Origin: an uncultured delta proteobacterium
GTDB lineage: Bacteria > Desulfobacterota > Desulfobacteria > Desulfobacterales > UBA2156
DNA: 64,000 bases
Assembly (NCBI GenBank): GCA_963736855.1
Contig: CAVTQK010000008.1
Coordinates: forward strand, 71,835-135,834
Reading direction: 5' to 3'
Shown here: piece after piece, positions 62,470 through 64,000 of the stretch
Numbering within the stretch: position 1 is the stretch's first letter
Layout of the letters: each line of letters opens with the position of its first letter
Position numbers and translations under genes: made by a program
Notes under the pieces: model-generated
Told to the model about the DNA's origin: nothing
The model's database searches: none
Seen by the model: the letters and a program-made list of their open reading frames with translations, nothing else

Positions 62470-63336
62470 ATGGCACAATCGATTTTTATTTCAGGAGCAA
62501 CAGGCAACATTGGATCACATCTTGTGGACGTACTTAAAAAAATGGGAGCGTCTGTGCGAGCAGGTGCGCATAGTCAAAAGAGCAGGCAGGCACTCGCTGC
62601 AAAAGGTGTTGAAGTGGTGGATATTGATTTCCAGGACAAACAAAGCATTGTCAACGCATTGAAAGGATGCACAAAAGCCTTTTCTCTCAGCCCAATAGCG
62701 CCAAATCTGGCTGAGCAGGGGTTGAATTTTATTGAAGCAGCAAAAGAGAGCGGGGTTGAGTATGTACTTCGTTCATCGGGCATGGGGGCTGACAATCCAC
62801 TGGCAATTTCGCTGGGTCGGGAGCACAGAAAAGTGGAAATTGCGTTGGAATCGTCTGGCCTTGAGTATTCCATTATCCGACCGAACTCATTTATGCAAAA
62901 CTATATCAATTTCACCGGTGAAACGATCAGGAAAGGTAATGCGATGTATCTCCCCATGGGCGACGGAAGAATTTCTCTGATTGATGCTTGCGATGTGGCA
63001 GATGTTGCAGCTGAGATACTTACAAATAGTACGCACGCCGGAATGGCATATACCCTTACGGGCCCAGAGGCGATATCTAACCAGGAGATAGCCGCTCTAC
63101 TCTCAGAGGTTACTGGAAGACAAATTACCTATATTGACATTCCTGTGCAAAAGGCTCGGGAGTCAATGTTGAATATTGGCATGCCTGAAATCATTACGGA
63201 ATGGATTTTGGAGTTGTATGCCATTAATAAAGCAGGCTATACGGCCGAGCTATCGACTTCCGTCAAGGATATTCTGGGAAGAGAGGCGCGAACATTTAAA
63301 ACATTCGCCCACCAAAATGCGCCGAGTTTTATATAA
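62470..63336 (+). CDS. NmrA-like/SDR NAD(P)H-dependent oxidoreductase
   Basis: GATGNIG, IRPNSFMQN, YTLTGPEA; divergent from the AraC gene. Confidence 0.85.
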   Translation: MAQSIFISGATGNIGSHLVDVLKKMGASVRAGAHSQKSRQALAAKGVEVVDIDFQDKQSIVNALKGCTKAFSLSPIAPNLAEQGLNFIEAAKESGVEYVLRSSGMGADNPLAISLGREHRKVEIALESSGLEYSIIRPNSFMQNYINFTGETIRKGNAMYLPMGDGRISLIDACDVADVAAEILTNSTHAGMAYTLTGPEAISNQEIAALLSEVTGRQITYIDIPVQKARESMLNIGMPEIITEWILELYAINKAGYTAELSTSVKDILGREARTFKTFAHQNAPSFI

Positions 63337-63388
63337 ACAGACGGACAAATTTATTTGTTAAGGCAACAAAAATGAAAGGATGAGAATA

Positions 63389-63952
63389 ATGAAAGAAAAA
63401 CTTGGTGCTGTCAATGCCCTGTATCCTACACCCACCACACTTGTGGGTGCCACAGTCAACGATAAACCCAATTTTATCACCATTGCCCATGTCGGTATTA
63501 TGACCCACAATCATATCTCGCTCGGCATGGGAAAAATTCACTATACCAACACCGGAATAAAGGAAAACAAGACTTTCAGTGTCTGTATTCCTTCTGACAA
63601 TCTTGTTGTTGAAACAGACTATTGTGGAATCATGACGGGGAAAAAGACGGACAAAGCAGCTTTATTCGGTGTGTTTTACGGGGAGCTCAAAACTGCGCCT
63701 ATGATACAGCAATGCAGGGTGTGCATGGAATGCCGGCTTGAGCGGATTATTGATTTTCCGACCCACGATGTTTTCATCGGAGAAATAGTTCAGACTTATG
63801 CTGACGAGTCGGTTCTCTCTGACAGAAATATTGATGTTTCAAAATTGAATCCGTTACTGTTTGATATGAATAGCAAAAAATACTGGTCGTTGGGCGGTGA
63901 AATCGCCAAGTGCTGGGATATCGGCAAGCAACTCAAAAGCGGGAAAACCTGA
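63389..63952 (+). CDS. Flavin reductase family protein (flavoredoxin-like)
   Basis: LYPTPTTLVG, DYCGIMTGKKTDK, APMI...MEC, HDVFIGEI. Confidence 0.85.
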   Translation: MKEKLGAVNALYPTPTTLVGATVNDKPNFITIAHVGIMTHNHISLGMGKIHYTNTGIKENKTFSVCIPSDNLVVETDYCGIMTGKKTDKAALFGVFYGELKTAPMIQQCRVCMECRLERIIDFPTHDVFIGEIVQTYADESVLSDRNIDVSKLNPLLFDMNSKKYWSLGGEIAKCWDIGKQLKSGKT

Positions 63953-63960
63953 TCGCACTA

Positions 63961-64000
63961 ATCGGGATAGGGAGGGGCCTCACGGCCTCCCCCCTCCCAC
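63961..64000 (-). mobile_element. 3' end (domain VI) of a group II intron, truncated by the window edge
   Basis: Minus strand GTGGGAGGGGGGAGGCCGTGAGGCCCCTCCCTATCCCGAT: DVI hairpin with bulged A and terminal AT. Confidence 0.75.

Overview
This window looks like chromosomal DNA from an anaerobic deltaproteobacterium (Desulfobacterota-like); that is inferred from gene content only. In order it holds: (1) a cyclase, an ACT protein, a response regulator and an amidohydrolase; (2) a TetR-controlled short/branched-chain acyl-CoA cluster (icmF, thiolase, hbd, acyl-CoA dehydrogenase, enoyl-CoA hydratase, HMG-CoA lyase-like); (3) a roughly 20 kb sigma54-driven heterodisulfide-reductase-type electron-transfer locus with several signalling genes; (4) leuCDB, a DUF6125-like gene, an ADH and a large hybrid kinase; (5) a Ser/Thr kinase-PP2C-FHA-protease operon; (6) a Lol-like ABC exporter with LytS/LytTR; (7) a mosaic accessory end with an IS91 remnant, an IS66 remnant, foreign genes and the 3' end of a group II intron. 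The strongest candidate for a novel system is the Hdr locus. It encodes a QmoC-HdrD fusion, HdrL, MvhD, an FdhB/FrhB-like subunit, a selenocysteine HdrD-like protein with a SECIS-like hairpin, and an HdrA carrying an intact receiver domain, next to a heme-c-motif sensor kinase. Three +1 frameshifts fall within 5 kb of this locus. Three hairpin MITEs with shared terminal inverted repeats and 6-bp target duplications are also present. No rRNA, tRNA or CRISPR array was seen.
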